Below, one piece after another: positions 44,995 through 53,337 of a stretch of DNA of 64,000 nt. Within the stretch, counting starts at the first letter, position 1; each line of letters starts with the position of its first letter. The DNA comes from a virus. Lineage: Duplodnaviria; Caudoviricetes. Made by a program: the position numbers and the translations under genes. Location: positions 8,967 to 72,966 of IMG/VR virus record IMGVR_UViG_3300005937_000006; one strand, written 5' to 3'. The notes below the pieces were generated by a model that was not told the DNA's origin, ran no database searches, and was given only the letters and a program-made list of their open reading frames with translations.

Positions 44995-46836
44995 TTAGCC
45001 CCGGCGGACTAATTCAGCCAAATTCTCCACGACATCCCTGCGCTGATCCAGAGCCTTATAGATCGTCCCGTCGATGGTGTTCTCGGCCAGCAGATGGTAG
45101 TACGTCACGGGCCGACTGCTACCATCAGGCAACGGACGGTCGAGCCGTGCCAACGACTGATCGTAGTTGCCAAGGGAGCGATCCAACGAGTAGTAGATGG
45201 CGTAGTTGGCACCCGTCAAGTCGATGCCGACACCTCCCGATTGAATCTGCACGCCCAGAACATCGCACTCGGATGGGTAGGTGGCATTCGGGCCAAGCTC
45301 TTTGCGATTGCCCGATAGCTCCTTGTACCGCTTCCCGAGACGCTCGGCAACCTGGGCGATCACCGCGAGATCGTGCTGGAACCGCGCGAACACGACGACG
45401 GGCTCGTCAATGTCCTCTAGGATGTCTGCGAGCAGTTCCTCTTTGCTGGTGTCCACACGGATGTCTCGCCCGAGATCGTCGCGGACATACCCGCTCGTGA
45501 CCTGTTGGCATCTGAGGAGCTTGACCAGCACGTTGCTGATCGTGGTGCGCTCATCCCCGTCGCCTCGGCCTGCGACGTACTGATCAAGCTCGGCGTAGAA
45601 CTCCCGCTCGATCTTTTTGTACGTTTCCTGAGCCTTGGCGGTGAGGCGACAGTGGCGTGTGATGTGCTGCGCGGGTGGAAGCTCTAACACTTCCTTGCCG
45701 ACGCTGAAGGTGATCGTCGCGAGTTGCGAGGCCAGCCAGGGCTGGTTGACCCAGCGGATCACTTGGTGCTGGTTGTAGCCGCCCATCTCCGCGATCTGCG
45801 AACGGAACTTCGGGAACGAATCGCCCAGGATTCTGTTGTCCAGGAACTGGAACTGTGCCCAGATATCCAGGGGCGAGTGCGGCATCGGCGTGCCGGTCAG
45901 GCAGGCGCGGAATGTCGCATGCGTGCGCAAGAGACGGCAGAAGCGCGAGGCTTTGCCTGCGGGAGCTTTGATGCGATGAGACTCGTCAAGAATGACGGCA
46001 TCCCACCGCTGTGTGAGCGCGAAGCCTCGATCGATGATCTCGTTCCGGGCATTGCGCGTTGGCCCGAATGGGGATCGCCATGCTGACTCGTAGTTGACGA
46101 TGATGACCAGTCGCTTTCCGACTGCATCGCACCACTCGATCATGCGCGAAGCTAAGTCAGCTTTCCCTGATACCGTGCCATCGTCCAGCTTCAGGATCTC
46201 GTAGTCGTCAACGGCGTGGCGCGCGATCTGGTTCGGCCAGACATCCATGACGGACTTCGGGCAGATGATGAGGATCTTCCTCATCATCCGATTGCCCATC
46301 AGGTCGCAGATGACCTTGCTCTTGCCCGTGCCCATCTTCATGTCGAGCATGACGGACTCTTTGCGGAAGCTGTACCAGAACGCAGCCCGCTGATGGCGCC
46401 AGGACGGCGTCTTCTCGATGGGCAACGGGCGATCCAGGTCCGCAACGGGCGTCGGGGTGAACAGCGGTACCTGTGAACGGTCCACCGTATCACGGCGGGT
46501 TGTTCGCGTTTGTTCGGGATTCGGCAGACGGGTCGCCGGCGGGTCCGGCGGTGGGACCGGATGGCCCATCACCAGGGCGCGGAACTCGTGGCTGACCGTC
46601 CAGCGCAGCGGCAGACTGTAGATGGCCTGGGCCGTGCTGCGGTTCTTGGGCCAGTGCCATGTCTGCGTCTCGCCAAAGTAGCGCCCGTTCGGGATCGTCT
46701 TGATATGCTCACGATCCCCGAAGCGGGCCGCGACGACGATCTCCTCCCCGACCAAGAATGCGCTAGGCCGTCGAGTTAGATAGGGCCGCTCCGCTGGCCC
46801 GAATCGTGCGGGCGGCGCAGGGTTGGAATAGGGCAT
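44995..46836 (-). CDS. SNF2-family (SF2) helicase
   Basis: PSWRHQ...MKMGTGKS, IICPKSV, VNYES, ILDESHRIK, LTGTPM, VVFARF, GGVGIDLT, QSLARL.R. Confidence 0.92.
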   Translation of the reverse strand: MPYSNPAPPARFGPAERPYLTRRPSAFLVGEEIVVAARFGDREHIKTIPNGRYFGETQTWHWPKNRSTAQAIYSLPLRWTVSHEFRALVMGHPVPPPDPPATRLPNPEQTRTTRRDTVDRSQVPLFTPTPVADLDRPLPIEKTPSWRHQRAAFWYSFRKESVMLDMKMGTGKSKVICDLMGNRMMRKILIICPKSVMDVWPNQIARHAVDDYEILKLDDGTVSGKADLASRMIEWCDAVGKRLVIIVNYESAWRSPFGPTRNARNEIIDRGFALTQRWDAVILDESHRIKAPAGKASRFCRLLRTHATFRACLTGTPMPHSPLDIWAQFQFLDNRILGDSFPKFRSQIAEMGGYNQHQVIRWVNQPWLASQLATITFSVGKEVLELPPAQHITRHCRLTAKAQETYKKIEREFYAELDQYVAGRGDGDERTTISNVLVKLLRCQQVTSGYVRDDLGRDIRVDTSKEELLADILEDIDEPVVVFARFQHDLAVIAQVAERLGKRYKELSGNRKELGPNATYPSECDVLGVQIQSGGVGIDLTGANYAIYYSLDRSLGNYDQSLARLDRPLPDGSSRPVTYYHLLAENTIDGTIYKALDQRRDVVENLAELVRRG

Positions 46837-46871
46837 CGAGTGGCCCTCCCTCTCTGGTCAGGCTGTCATGG

Positions 46872-46901
46872 TTGCGTAACCACGATGCCTGTCGGTATGA
46901 T
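46872..46901 (+). promoter_or_regulatory. Putative promoter for a leaderless transcript
   Basis: TTGCGT, 18 bp, TATGAT; ATG follows 7 nt later at 46909 with no RBS. Confidence 0.55.
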
Positions 46902-46908
46902 AGCGGGT

Positions 46909-47148
46909 ATGAGTCCCGTGCTAGAGCGCGCAGAGGCCAATGATCGCGAAGCCGCACGATCCGCCGGGCAGGCGTTGAATGCGTTGCGGCGTACCGTCAC
47001 GCGCACCTGTGGGGTGTGCGGCATCGAGATCACCGGCGTGAGCACCATCAAATGGTGCAGCCCTCGCTGTGCCAAGCGACACGAGCGTGCACTGAAGCGT
47101 GCACGAGGCACGCGCGTTGCTGCGTTCCTCAAGCGAGACGCGAGCTAG
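46909..47148 (+). CDS. Small Zn-finger putative regulator
   Basis: RTCGVCG.......KWCSPRCAKR; the only credible + strand gene in the early block. Confidence 0.6.
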   Translation: MSPVLERAEANDREAARSAGQALNALRRTVTRTCGVCGIEITGVSTIKWCSPRCAKRHERALKRARGTRVAAFLKRDAS

Positions 47149-47579
47149 AGCCCTTCGTACTGCGAGCAGTATTTGCGGTGCTCGATGATGGCGTCAGCGC
47201 CGTACTCCTCCGATTCTGCACTGCATTCTATGCAGGTATTCACGGAGGTCGCGGCAACGATGGCTTCCCAGTCGCGGTTGAGTTCGGCCTGGTGCTTGTA
47301 CAGGTCTACCGAGACAAAGCCATCGGTCGTCTCTTTGAGGATGGCACCATCCATCTCGACGCACAGCATGACGATCTCGCTGGCGTTCAGGCGGCTTTCC
47401 ACATCGACGGAGTTGTTGTGCTCGTCAATAAGCTCCGGGTCCATGCCCTCAGGGAAGTCGAACAGATGGTACGCCGAGAGGTTGTCACCTCCCGCGAAGC
47501 CATCGTCCGCGCCGCTGCCGGCGATGACGTAGAAGAATTCAGCCACGGGCTCGTGGTTGAATTTAGGGCTGCTCCTCAT
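47145..47579 (-). CDS. Hypothetical acidic protein
   Basis: ATG 47579 after GGGG RBS. Confidence 0.55.
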   Translation of the reverse strand: MRSSPKFNHEPVAEFFYVIAGSGADDGFAGGDNLSAYHLFDFPEGMDPELIDEHNNSVDVESRLNASEIVMLCVEMDGAILKETTDGFVSVDLYKHQAELNRDWEAIVAATSVNTCIECSAESEEYGADAIIEHRKYCSQYEGL

Positions 47580-47875
47580 GGGTAATCCCCCTGTCGAGCG
47601 CGCGGCTAACGCACTCGCAGACGTTGGAGATGAAGCACTCATGCCTATTGCAATCGCGGGTGGAATCCTCGACGGCATGCACGAGCATGAACAGACAGAC
47701 GCCACAGATGCTGATGGCGCCTATCACGCGGGCGTAATCGACCTCGGCGGTTTGCATGTCCTCCCGTAGCTTGTCGCGGTAGAGCGGATGCCCACACAGC
47801 GGGCGCAGGCTGGCGCGCATGATGTGCCAGTCCCCGTAGGCGAACTCGCCCAACGTGCGGATGCGGATGAGCATC
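47563..47875 (-). CDS. Hypothetical Cys/His-rich protein
   Basis: ATG 47875 overlaps the upstream stop; WH...PLCG...C.VC...C..H.C..C.C. Confidence 0.5.
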
Positions 47876-48035
47876 ACTTCAGCATCGCTCCAATCACGCC
47901 GAAGAGGATCGGCACGACCAGTACGAAGAACACGATCAGCCCAATGGAGCCGAGACAGCCCCACATGATGCTGAGACAGCCGAGCTTGAAGGCTCGGTCC
48001 ATCCAGGTGTCAACGCTCGTGGGTGTCTCGCTCAT
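47874..48035 (-). CDS. Small membrane protein
   Basis: ATG 48035; LGCLSIMWGCLGSIGLIVFFVLVVPILFGVIGA. Confidence 0.6.
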   Translation of the reverse strand: MSETPTSVDTWMDRAFKLGCLSIMWGCLGSIGLIVFFVLVVPILFGVIGAMLK

Positions 48036-48409
48036 GCTCTGTGGCCTTTCAGGGCCTTGTGTGCCCGAACCAGGGTGGAGACTTCGGGCAGATGACGCCC
48101 GAACCAACTGTGCGAGCCGTCCTGATTGTGCAGGATGCGCTCGAACAGGTCACCTTTGATCTCTAGGGCATCTCTGGGGAGCGTCCTGCAATGCGTCGGG
48201 ACGCTCGCGTCGATGACGCGCTCCTCGCCGTTGATCGTAACGACCGGCCAGGGGCCGAAGAGCTTCGTGCAGGAGCGCACGATGACGTAGAACTTCTGGT
48301 GTGCCAAGCCCTGGACGATCATGTCGCGCGGGCACGGTACCAATTCGGTGTCGGGTGGGCGCAGGCTCTCGTGATCGAGAACGAGGTCCACGGCGATCAG
48401 CAGTTTCAT
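48032..48409 (-). CDS. Hypothetical protein
   Basis: 125 aa; leader GGAGCTATCCAACAC-ATG. Confidence 0.65.
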   Translation of the reverse strand: MKLLIAVDLVLDHESLRPPDTELVPCPRDMIVQGLAHQKFYVIVRSCTKLFGPWPVVTINGEERVIDASVPTHCRTLPRDALEIKGDLFERILHNQDGSHSWFGRHLPEVSTLVRAHKALKGHRA

Positions 48410-48429
48410 GTGTTGGATAGCTCCACGGG

Positions 48430-48819
48430 CTAGGCCCGGCAGTAGACGCGATCTTTGCCGAACCTTCGGTTGATCGCAACGCGGAACAGACGCTCAGCCA
48501 GCGCACCTTCGATCTTGTTGCCATGTAACGCGATGTAGGTGACGCGCTGAAGGTCGGTCGTCAAGGACGGCGGGGCCACGCCGATGTACGCGGCGTAGTC
48601 GCCACCGTGGTCAGGGTGGAAGCGAATGGACGCGACCACCGTCACGGGGACGAGATAGGTCGCGGCATCCGAACCCTGATTGGTCACTGGCGTCTCGCCG
48701 GTCTGGTGGCCGGGGATCGTCAGCCCAACGTGCTGAATCGTCAGCCACATCAGGGTGCGGTCGTCGTCGGTGCGCTCGTAGATGTGGTAGCGAGCGCGCC
48801 CTCGCTGGAGTGGCGGCAC
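48430..48819 (-). CDS. Hypothetical protein
   Basis: GTG 48819 after GGAGGGAG. Confidence 0.55.
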   Translation of the reverse strand: MPPLQRGRARYHIYERTDDDRTLMWLTIQHVGLTIPGHQTGETPVTNQGSDAATYLVPVTVVASIRFHPDHGGDYAAYIGVAPPSLTTDLQRVTYIALHGNKIEGALAERLFRVAINRRFGKDRVYCRA

Positions 48820-48820
48820 G

Positions 48821-49105
48821 TTATCTCCCTCCTGAACGTGGGACGCTGCCGGAGCGGCGTCGTAGCGGCACAACGGGCTGGAGCCTGAACGTGGACGTGC
48901 TCGGGAAGCTCTGGCCTTCGTTGCCCTGCCACTGCGTGAAGTGCAGCGTGCAGAGTACGACCCAGAGCCATCCCGGCTCGTCCTCGTTTGCTGTCGGGGC
49001 AACGTAGGTTGCACCGATCTGGCATTCGCCATCGGGATCGATGGCAGCACAGCGCGGATAGATCCTACGGGAATCCCCGTGTCCAACGCTGACTGAACGG
49101 TTCAT
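48821..49105 (-). CDS. Hypothetical protein (C...C...LC..H)
   Basis: ATG 49105 after GAGGAG. Confidence 0.5.
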   Translation of the reverse strand: MNRSVSVGHGDSRRIYPRCAAIDPDGECQIGATYVAPTANEDEPGWLWVVLCTLHFTQWQGNEGQSFPSTSTFRLQPVVPLRRRSGSVPRSGGR

Positions 49106-49182
49106 ACAGCTCCTCTCTGATGCTGAACGCATCGGGCACCCTCGAACCCGTGGGGATTCGGGGGTGCTCGCCACGTCGAAGC

Positions 49183-49479
49183 CTAGTACTCAGACGGGAG
49201 CAGAATGGTGGTGGACGAGCGGTCAGCCTCGGTGATGATCCAGATCTTGGCATCGTCGCCGGGAAGACCGGTCGGCCATGCAGTCAGGATGCGCATGCCC
49301 TCGCGAACGGCGTGCATGTTGGCCTGCTGATCGAAGCTGTCCAGGTGTGGGCATCGTCCGTACGAATGCTCGATCAGCCACGCGGGCAAGCTCTCCGCAA
49401 CGCCGATGTGCTCCAGGATGCGCATGGCGCCCGGCGTTGCGACGATCTGGCCCAGATCAACGTGTGGTTGACGGGCCAT
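49183..49479 (-). CDS. Conserved mobile-element hypothetical protein (ATPGA...IWIITEADRS.TTILLP.EY family)
   Basis: Highly characteristic motif string; function unknown. Confidence 0.75.
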   Translation of the reverse strand: MARQPHVDLGQIVATPGAMRILEHIGVAESLPAWLIEHSYGRCPHLDSFDQQANMHAVREGMRILTAWPTGLPGDDAKIWIITEADRSSTTILLPSEY

Positions 49480-49691
49480 TACTTGATGCTCACGATCTTG
49501 CCGGTGGCGTCCACGAGCACACGGGCATACCAGCGATGCGGCTCGGGGTAGTGGGGGCCTTCGATCGAGATCCAGCCGCCGCCATCAGGCAGGCGACCCA
49601 TGCCCGGCTCGAAGGCGTACATGGACTGCCCGCGCGTGAGCGCATCCTTGAGGGCTTTCTTGGTCTTGGGGTTGCCGCGAACGTACGTCAT
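49479..49691 (-). CDS. Conserved small phage protein
   Basis: N.KTKKALK.A...G......EGPHYPEPHRWYA.V. Confidence 0.7.
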   Translation of the reverse strand: MTYVRGNPKTKKALKDALTRGQSMYAFEPGMGRLPDGGGWISIEGPHYPEPHRWYARVLVDATGKIVSIK

Positions 49692-50113
49692 GTGGTCTGC
49701 TCCTTGGCGCGTGATTGGATGTACTCGATCAGGAGATTGCTGGCCTGCACGAGGACGTGCATTCGAGTGCGAAGCTCCGTGTCATCGCTCTCCTCTTCGA
49801 GATACTCAGCCCACGTGGTGATCTCGCCGTCGAGGTCAAGCATCTCTGCGAGTAGGCGCGTGGCCTCGCCCTGGCTTAGTGGCGGCATCGTCGGTCCTTG
49901 AGAGGTGGAGCGCCCGTCGTATGACAGGCGCCATTCGGTGCTTCCGTTGACCTCAAGCCACTGCGTACCGACCTGGGCATCGAAGGCGTGGGCGAAGCTG
50001 TCCACACACGCGCTGGCGTCCCCGTAGGTGAGCCCCTGTCCGATCAGCACCTCGCGCATCAGTCGGTTGATTGAGAGCCCCAGCTTGATGTCGGGATCTG
50101 GCATGTGCTCCAT
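49688..50113 (-). CDS. Hypothetical protein
   Basis: ATG 50113 (TAATG overlap). Confidence 0.6.
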   Translation of the reverse strand: MEHMPDPDIKLGLSINRLMREVLIGQGLTYGDASACVDSFAHAFDAQVGTQWLEVNGSTEWRLSYDGRSTSQGPTMPPLSQGEATRLLAEMLDLDGEITTWAEYLEEESDDTELRTRMHVLVQASNLLIEYIQSRAKEQTT

Positions 50114-50289
50114 TAGAGCACCCAGATCCGCTTGCGCTCGTGCAGCCACTTCAGGAAGCACAAGTGCTCGATCTCGTCCTGGCTGAAGCCCTTGGACATG
50201 AGGTCGTACTTCATTTTGTAGATCGTCAGCCGAACCTGCTCTTGATGCGTGAGCAGGGCCAGCGACTCGTCGCTGATGGTCAGTGTCAT
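50113..50289 (-). CDS. Small hypothetical protein
   Basis: ATG 50289 after GAGG; GFS.DEI.HL.FLKWL..R. Confidence 0.55.
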   Translation of the reverse strand: MTLTISDESLALLTHQEQVRLTIYKMKYDLMSKGFSQDEIEHLCFLKWLHERKRIWVL

Positions 50290-50373
50290 GTCGGTCCTCG
50301 TGGGCGTCGATGCGCCCGGGTTTACCACGGCGTGATCTCACGGGAGCCGGTGACGCCATGCCGCTCAGGCATG

Positions 50374-50895
50374 TCAGTCCTCCGTGGCGCGAGCACGATA
50401 CGCTTCGACGGTCAGCCCGGACAGGGCAGCCAGGATCGCGTCGAGGTCGTTGCCGCCGTCTAGGACGGGTTCGGCGGCCGGCGGGGCCTGCGGGGGCTGT
50501 GGCGAGCGCTCAGGGGCCTGCCGGGCACGGGCGGCGCGGGCATCGGCCCTGGCCCGCTTGGCGTGCTGCTGAGCCAGCGCGAGCGCTTGCTCTTCGATGG
50601 GCGGCACCTCGTAACGGCCGGCGTAGCGCACCCGAAGCTGACTGATCTCCCAGCGGACTTCGTCCGTGATGGGATCAGTTTCGCCATCGGGTTCGAGCAG
50701 GAAGCTCATCAGGTAGGTGAGCGACCGCTCGTGGTACTGGAGGGAGGACTCCAGCTTGCGTGCGCGCTCAGGATTGGCGCCCACGGTGCTGGTGGACCGC
50801 TCCAGCAATGCGGTGCCATATGCGGTCAGGATCTCCGTCACGCGTTCGGGCGTGGCGTTGGCCTGGGTGACCGCATACGGGTCGGTGATGGGCAT
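50374..50895 (-). CDS. Hypothetical protein
   Basis: ATG 50895 after AAAGGGG. Confidence 0.65.
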   Translation of the reverse strand: MPITDPYAVTQANATPERVTEILTAYGTALLERSTSTVGANPERARKLESSLQYHERSLTYLMSFLLEPDGETDPITDEVRWEISQLRVRYAGRYEVPPIEEQALALAQQHAKRARADARAARARQAPERSPQPPQAPPAAEPVLDGGNDLDAILAALSGLTVEAYRARATED

Positions 50896-51025
50896 CGGAT
50901 GCCCCTTTCTCGTGCGCGGACCCGAGTCCTGCGGACTCGGGGTGGCATGCACGTGCTGCGCAAGCACATGGGTACGATGGCGCACGCTTCCGCCGCCACA
51001 CCGGAGTGGACGGCGGATGCGTGAG

Positions 51026-51208
51026 TCAGTCGTCGGTGCGTGAGGCTCGCCAGAAGATCAGGACGCCAAGGAGCGAGAGCCCGATCGGTGCCCAGTAGGT
51101 GAGCAGGAACGCGCGCGCGTCCAGGTCTGGGCGGAATCGGATCAGGGCGATGATGCCGATCTCGATGCAGACCAACATGGCGAAGGTGATCGCCACTCGT
51201 AGGTTCAT
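51026..51208 (-). CDS. Small two-TM membrane protein
   Basis: 60 aa with two hydrophobic helices. Confidence 0.65.
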   Translation of the reverse strand: MNLRVAITFAMLVCIEIGIIALIRFRPDLDARAFLLTYWAPIGLSLLGVLIFWRASRTDD

Positions 51209-51753
51209 GGCTTCGGCAGATCGAGCGCTTCGGCCTGCTCATGGGTCACGTAGACGTTGTGCGGCAGGCCGTTGGCCGTGAGCTGCCACACCGTCTGGCC
51301 GGCGATGCGGGCCTTGCTGACGCGGGCGGTGGCGTTGATCAGCCAGTCGTCATGCGCGCCGCGTGCGCTGAAGTCGCGCGTGGCTTCTTGCTCAGGATTG
51401 GCGACCACTCGGAAGAGGTAGCCCTTGTGCTGCACGCTGTACGAGCGCGCGGGCATCGGCAGAGGCTCCTTGCGAATGGCGTGGCGTGGGTACAGGATCG
51501 GCGGCAGCGGCTTGCCAGTGTTCTGGTCGTAGCCGCCTGGATACTCTTGTGCGTACTGCGTGACGTGCTTGCGCTCAGCGCAGTCGCGAGCCTGATGCTT
51601 CATCGGCCAGACGAGACGGCAGTCGTTGCACATCCAGGCGTACTTGTGCGCGCTGGAGGGGCGGTAGCCGCCCTCGTAGAGCGCCTCCTGAATGTCCGCG
51701 TGGATCTTCTCCATCTTGGTGACATGCGCGTCACGAGGATCGTGGTAGGTCAT
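51205..51753 (-). CDS. Hypothetical protein (C..C...CAE.KH)
   Basis: ATG 51753 after GGAGCTATCCAAC; an in-frame alternative start is at 51798. Confidence 0.6.
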   Translation of the reverse strand: MTYHDPRDAHVTKMEKIHADIQEALYEGGYRPSSAHKYAWMCNDCRLVWPMKHQARDCAERKHVTQYAQEYPGGYDQNTGKPLPPILYPRHAIRKEPLPMPARSYSVQHKGYLFRVVANPEQEATRDFSARGAHDDWLINATARVSKARIAGQTVWQLTANGLPHNVYVTHEQAEALDLPKP

Positions 51754-51768
51754 GTTGGATAGCTCCTC

Positions 51769-51796
51769 GGCACCCCCGGGCGAACCCGGGGGTGCC
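51769..51796. other. Perfect 12-bp hairpin with 4-nt loop
   Basis: GGCACCCCCGGG CGAA CCCGGGGGTGCC (UUCG loop on the - strand); no U-tract, and an RBS immediately downstream. Confidence 0.7.
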
Positions 51797-51816
51797 ATGT
51801 GTTGGATTGCTGCCGG

Positions 51817-52314
51817 TCAGTCTGCCTGGAGGATGTCGAGCATCCACACGAGCAGGTTGTCCGTCAGGAACAGCAGGGTGGCCTGATGCTCTTTTGGCAC
51901 CCAGCAGATGTAGTCGTTGTTCAACTCGATGCGGACCAGCGCGGTGCTGTCTCCCTTCTTGTACTCGCCGTACTTGCTGATGGCGTCGTCCATGACTTCG
52001 CGCACGTAGTACAGCGCGCCCAGGCTGGTGTTCTCGGGGCCGCGCTTGGCATCGCAGGTGCTATCCTGCGATGCATTCTGCGTGGTACCGCCGGCCGCAT
52101 GGGTCGGCGTCGTTGCGACCAATGTCATGGTGGTCGCGGCGAACATCGCGAGTGCGATGTTGGTGAGCTTCTGCCAGGGGCCACGGCGGATCGGCTGCGG
52201 GCGCGTGGTCCCGTAGCGCGGCGGCTGCACGAACACGGGGCCATGCAGCGGCTGCTTGCGCTCGCGCTTCCAGGCAGGGAGGCTCATGGCCTCAAGCTCG
52301 GTGATCTCGGGCAT
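51817..52314 (-). CDS. Putative exported/membrane-anchored protein
   Basis: Strong RBS AAGGAGGG; basic N-region, hydrophobic IALAMFAATTMTLVA, THA|AG cleavage-like site. Confidence 0.6.
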   Translation of the reverse strand: MPEITELEAMSLPAWKRERKQPLHGPVFVQPPRYGTTRPQPIRRGPWQKLTNIALAMFAATTMTLVATTPTHAAGGTTQNASQDSTCDAKRGPENTSLGALYYVREVMDDAISKYGEYKKGDSTALVRIELNNDYICWVPKEHQATLLFLTDNLLVWMLDILQAD

Positions 52315-52419
52315 CACTGTGCCCTCCTTCCCGTGCACCTCGACGGCGCACGCCCCTGCCAGGGATCGCTCACAGGCAGGGGCGTGGGTCGGGCGAGGCT
52401 TTCGCTCTTTTGGTCTTAT

Positions 52420-52497
52420 TACACATGAGAAAATCGTAAGACAGATGTTCCACGACCCCCGTCGTAGAACAAACGTCTTACGATTTTCTCATGTGTA
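52420..52497. repeat. 78-bp palindrome with perfect 23-bp arms
   Basis: TACACATGAGAAAATCGTAAGAC (52420-52442) and its exact reverse complement (52475-52497); the inner part also pairs (TGTTC/GAACA, ACGAC/GTCGT). Confidence 0.9.
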
Positions 52498-52531
52498 GTA
52501 CTAGCGAAAAATCGGGCTGTGGACGGGGGAT

Positions 52532-52551
52532 TTTAGCCAGTTTGGCTAAAA
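52532..52551. promoter_or_regulatory. Short palindrome TTTAGCCA-GTT-TGGCTAAA (operator-like)
   Basis: Perfect arms with a 3-nt spacer; the half-site recurs at 53501-53512. Confidence 0.5.
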
Positions 52552-52689
52552 ACCGTCGGACAGATGTTCTGGTGCCGAAAGTCTGTTCTATGCATTCCTC
52601 CGATCTCGTGATATGGCTATAGGTCAGCGCGATTCGCTCGCGTGCACGCGCTCGACCGTCACACGAATGTGGCGGGCGAGCGCGTATCG

Positions 52690-52992
52690 CTAGGCGTGTA
52701 GCGGGGCGATGTCGGCGTCGAACCAATCGTGTGTCGGCGTGCCAACCCACCCGCAGAATTCCCAGCCGCTGCGGGCCTCGTGCACGCTCATATGCACGTG
52801 ATAGGCGATGTCTACGTTGTGGACACCGTCTTCGGCAGGACGGTTGCACGTGACGAGCACGTGCTTGTATCGCGTGTCGCTTGTGCGCTCCAGCGAGCGC
52901 ACTGCTTGCGCGAACGTCATGCCCATATCTTCGGTGGCTTCAAGCTCACCAGTGATTGGGCATACGAGGCGTAGATCGTAGTGCCATCCCAT
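52690..52992 (-). CDS. Hypothetical protein
   Basis: ATG 52992 after AAAGGAATCCAAC. Confidence 0.6.
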   Translation of the reverse strand: MGWHYDLRLVCPITGELEATEDMGMTFAQAVRSLERTSDTRYKHVLVTCNRPAEDGVHNVDIAYHVHMSVHEARSGWEFCGWVGTPTHDWFDADIAPLHA

Positions 52993-53058
52993 GTTGGATT
53001 CCTTTGAGGCAACGTTGTGACTGCGGGTCACAGCAGCCACAACGGCCTCGGTGTTAGA

Positions 53059-53337
53059 TTACTCGGCGTCGTCGGCGTCCATGATGCTCTGCTCGATCCC
53101 GATCAGGATGTTGCGCGAGATCTCCTGCACCATCTCGCGCACGGCCCGGCGGGCGAAGCGCCGCTCGGAGCGGTGCTCCAGGGCGTGGTAGGTGGCGCCG
53201 ATGCTCTGGCCGAGTGCCTCGGCAGCGAGCATGGCTTCCGCGAACAGTGCTGCCGTCTCCTCGGCGTCATCCCCCAGGAAGAGGGCACGCGCATTCTCCA
53301 TGCGCTCAGCGACAAGCTCAGCTTGTGACATAGCCAT
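53059..53337 (-). CDS. Hypothetical helical protein
   Basis: 92 aa after AAAGGAG. Confidence 0.65.
   Translation of the reverse strand: MAMSQAELVAERMENARALFLGDDAEETAALFAEAMLAAEALGQSIGATYHALEHRSERRFARRAVREMVQEISRNILIGIEQSIMDADDAE

Noticed and set aside
49120-49175. tRNA-like element (GGTTCGA on the - strand)
   Set aside because: It folds as one long hairpin with no cloverleaf, D arm or anticodon arm.
52420-52600. CRISPR array or attP site
   Set aside because: It is a single inverted repeat with no repeat-spacer periodicity and no adjacent integrase.
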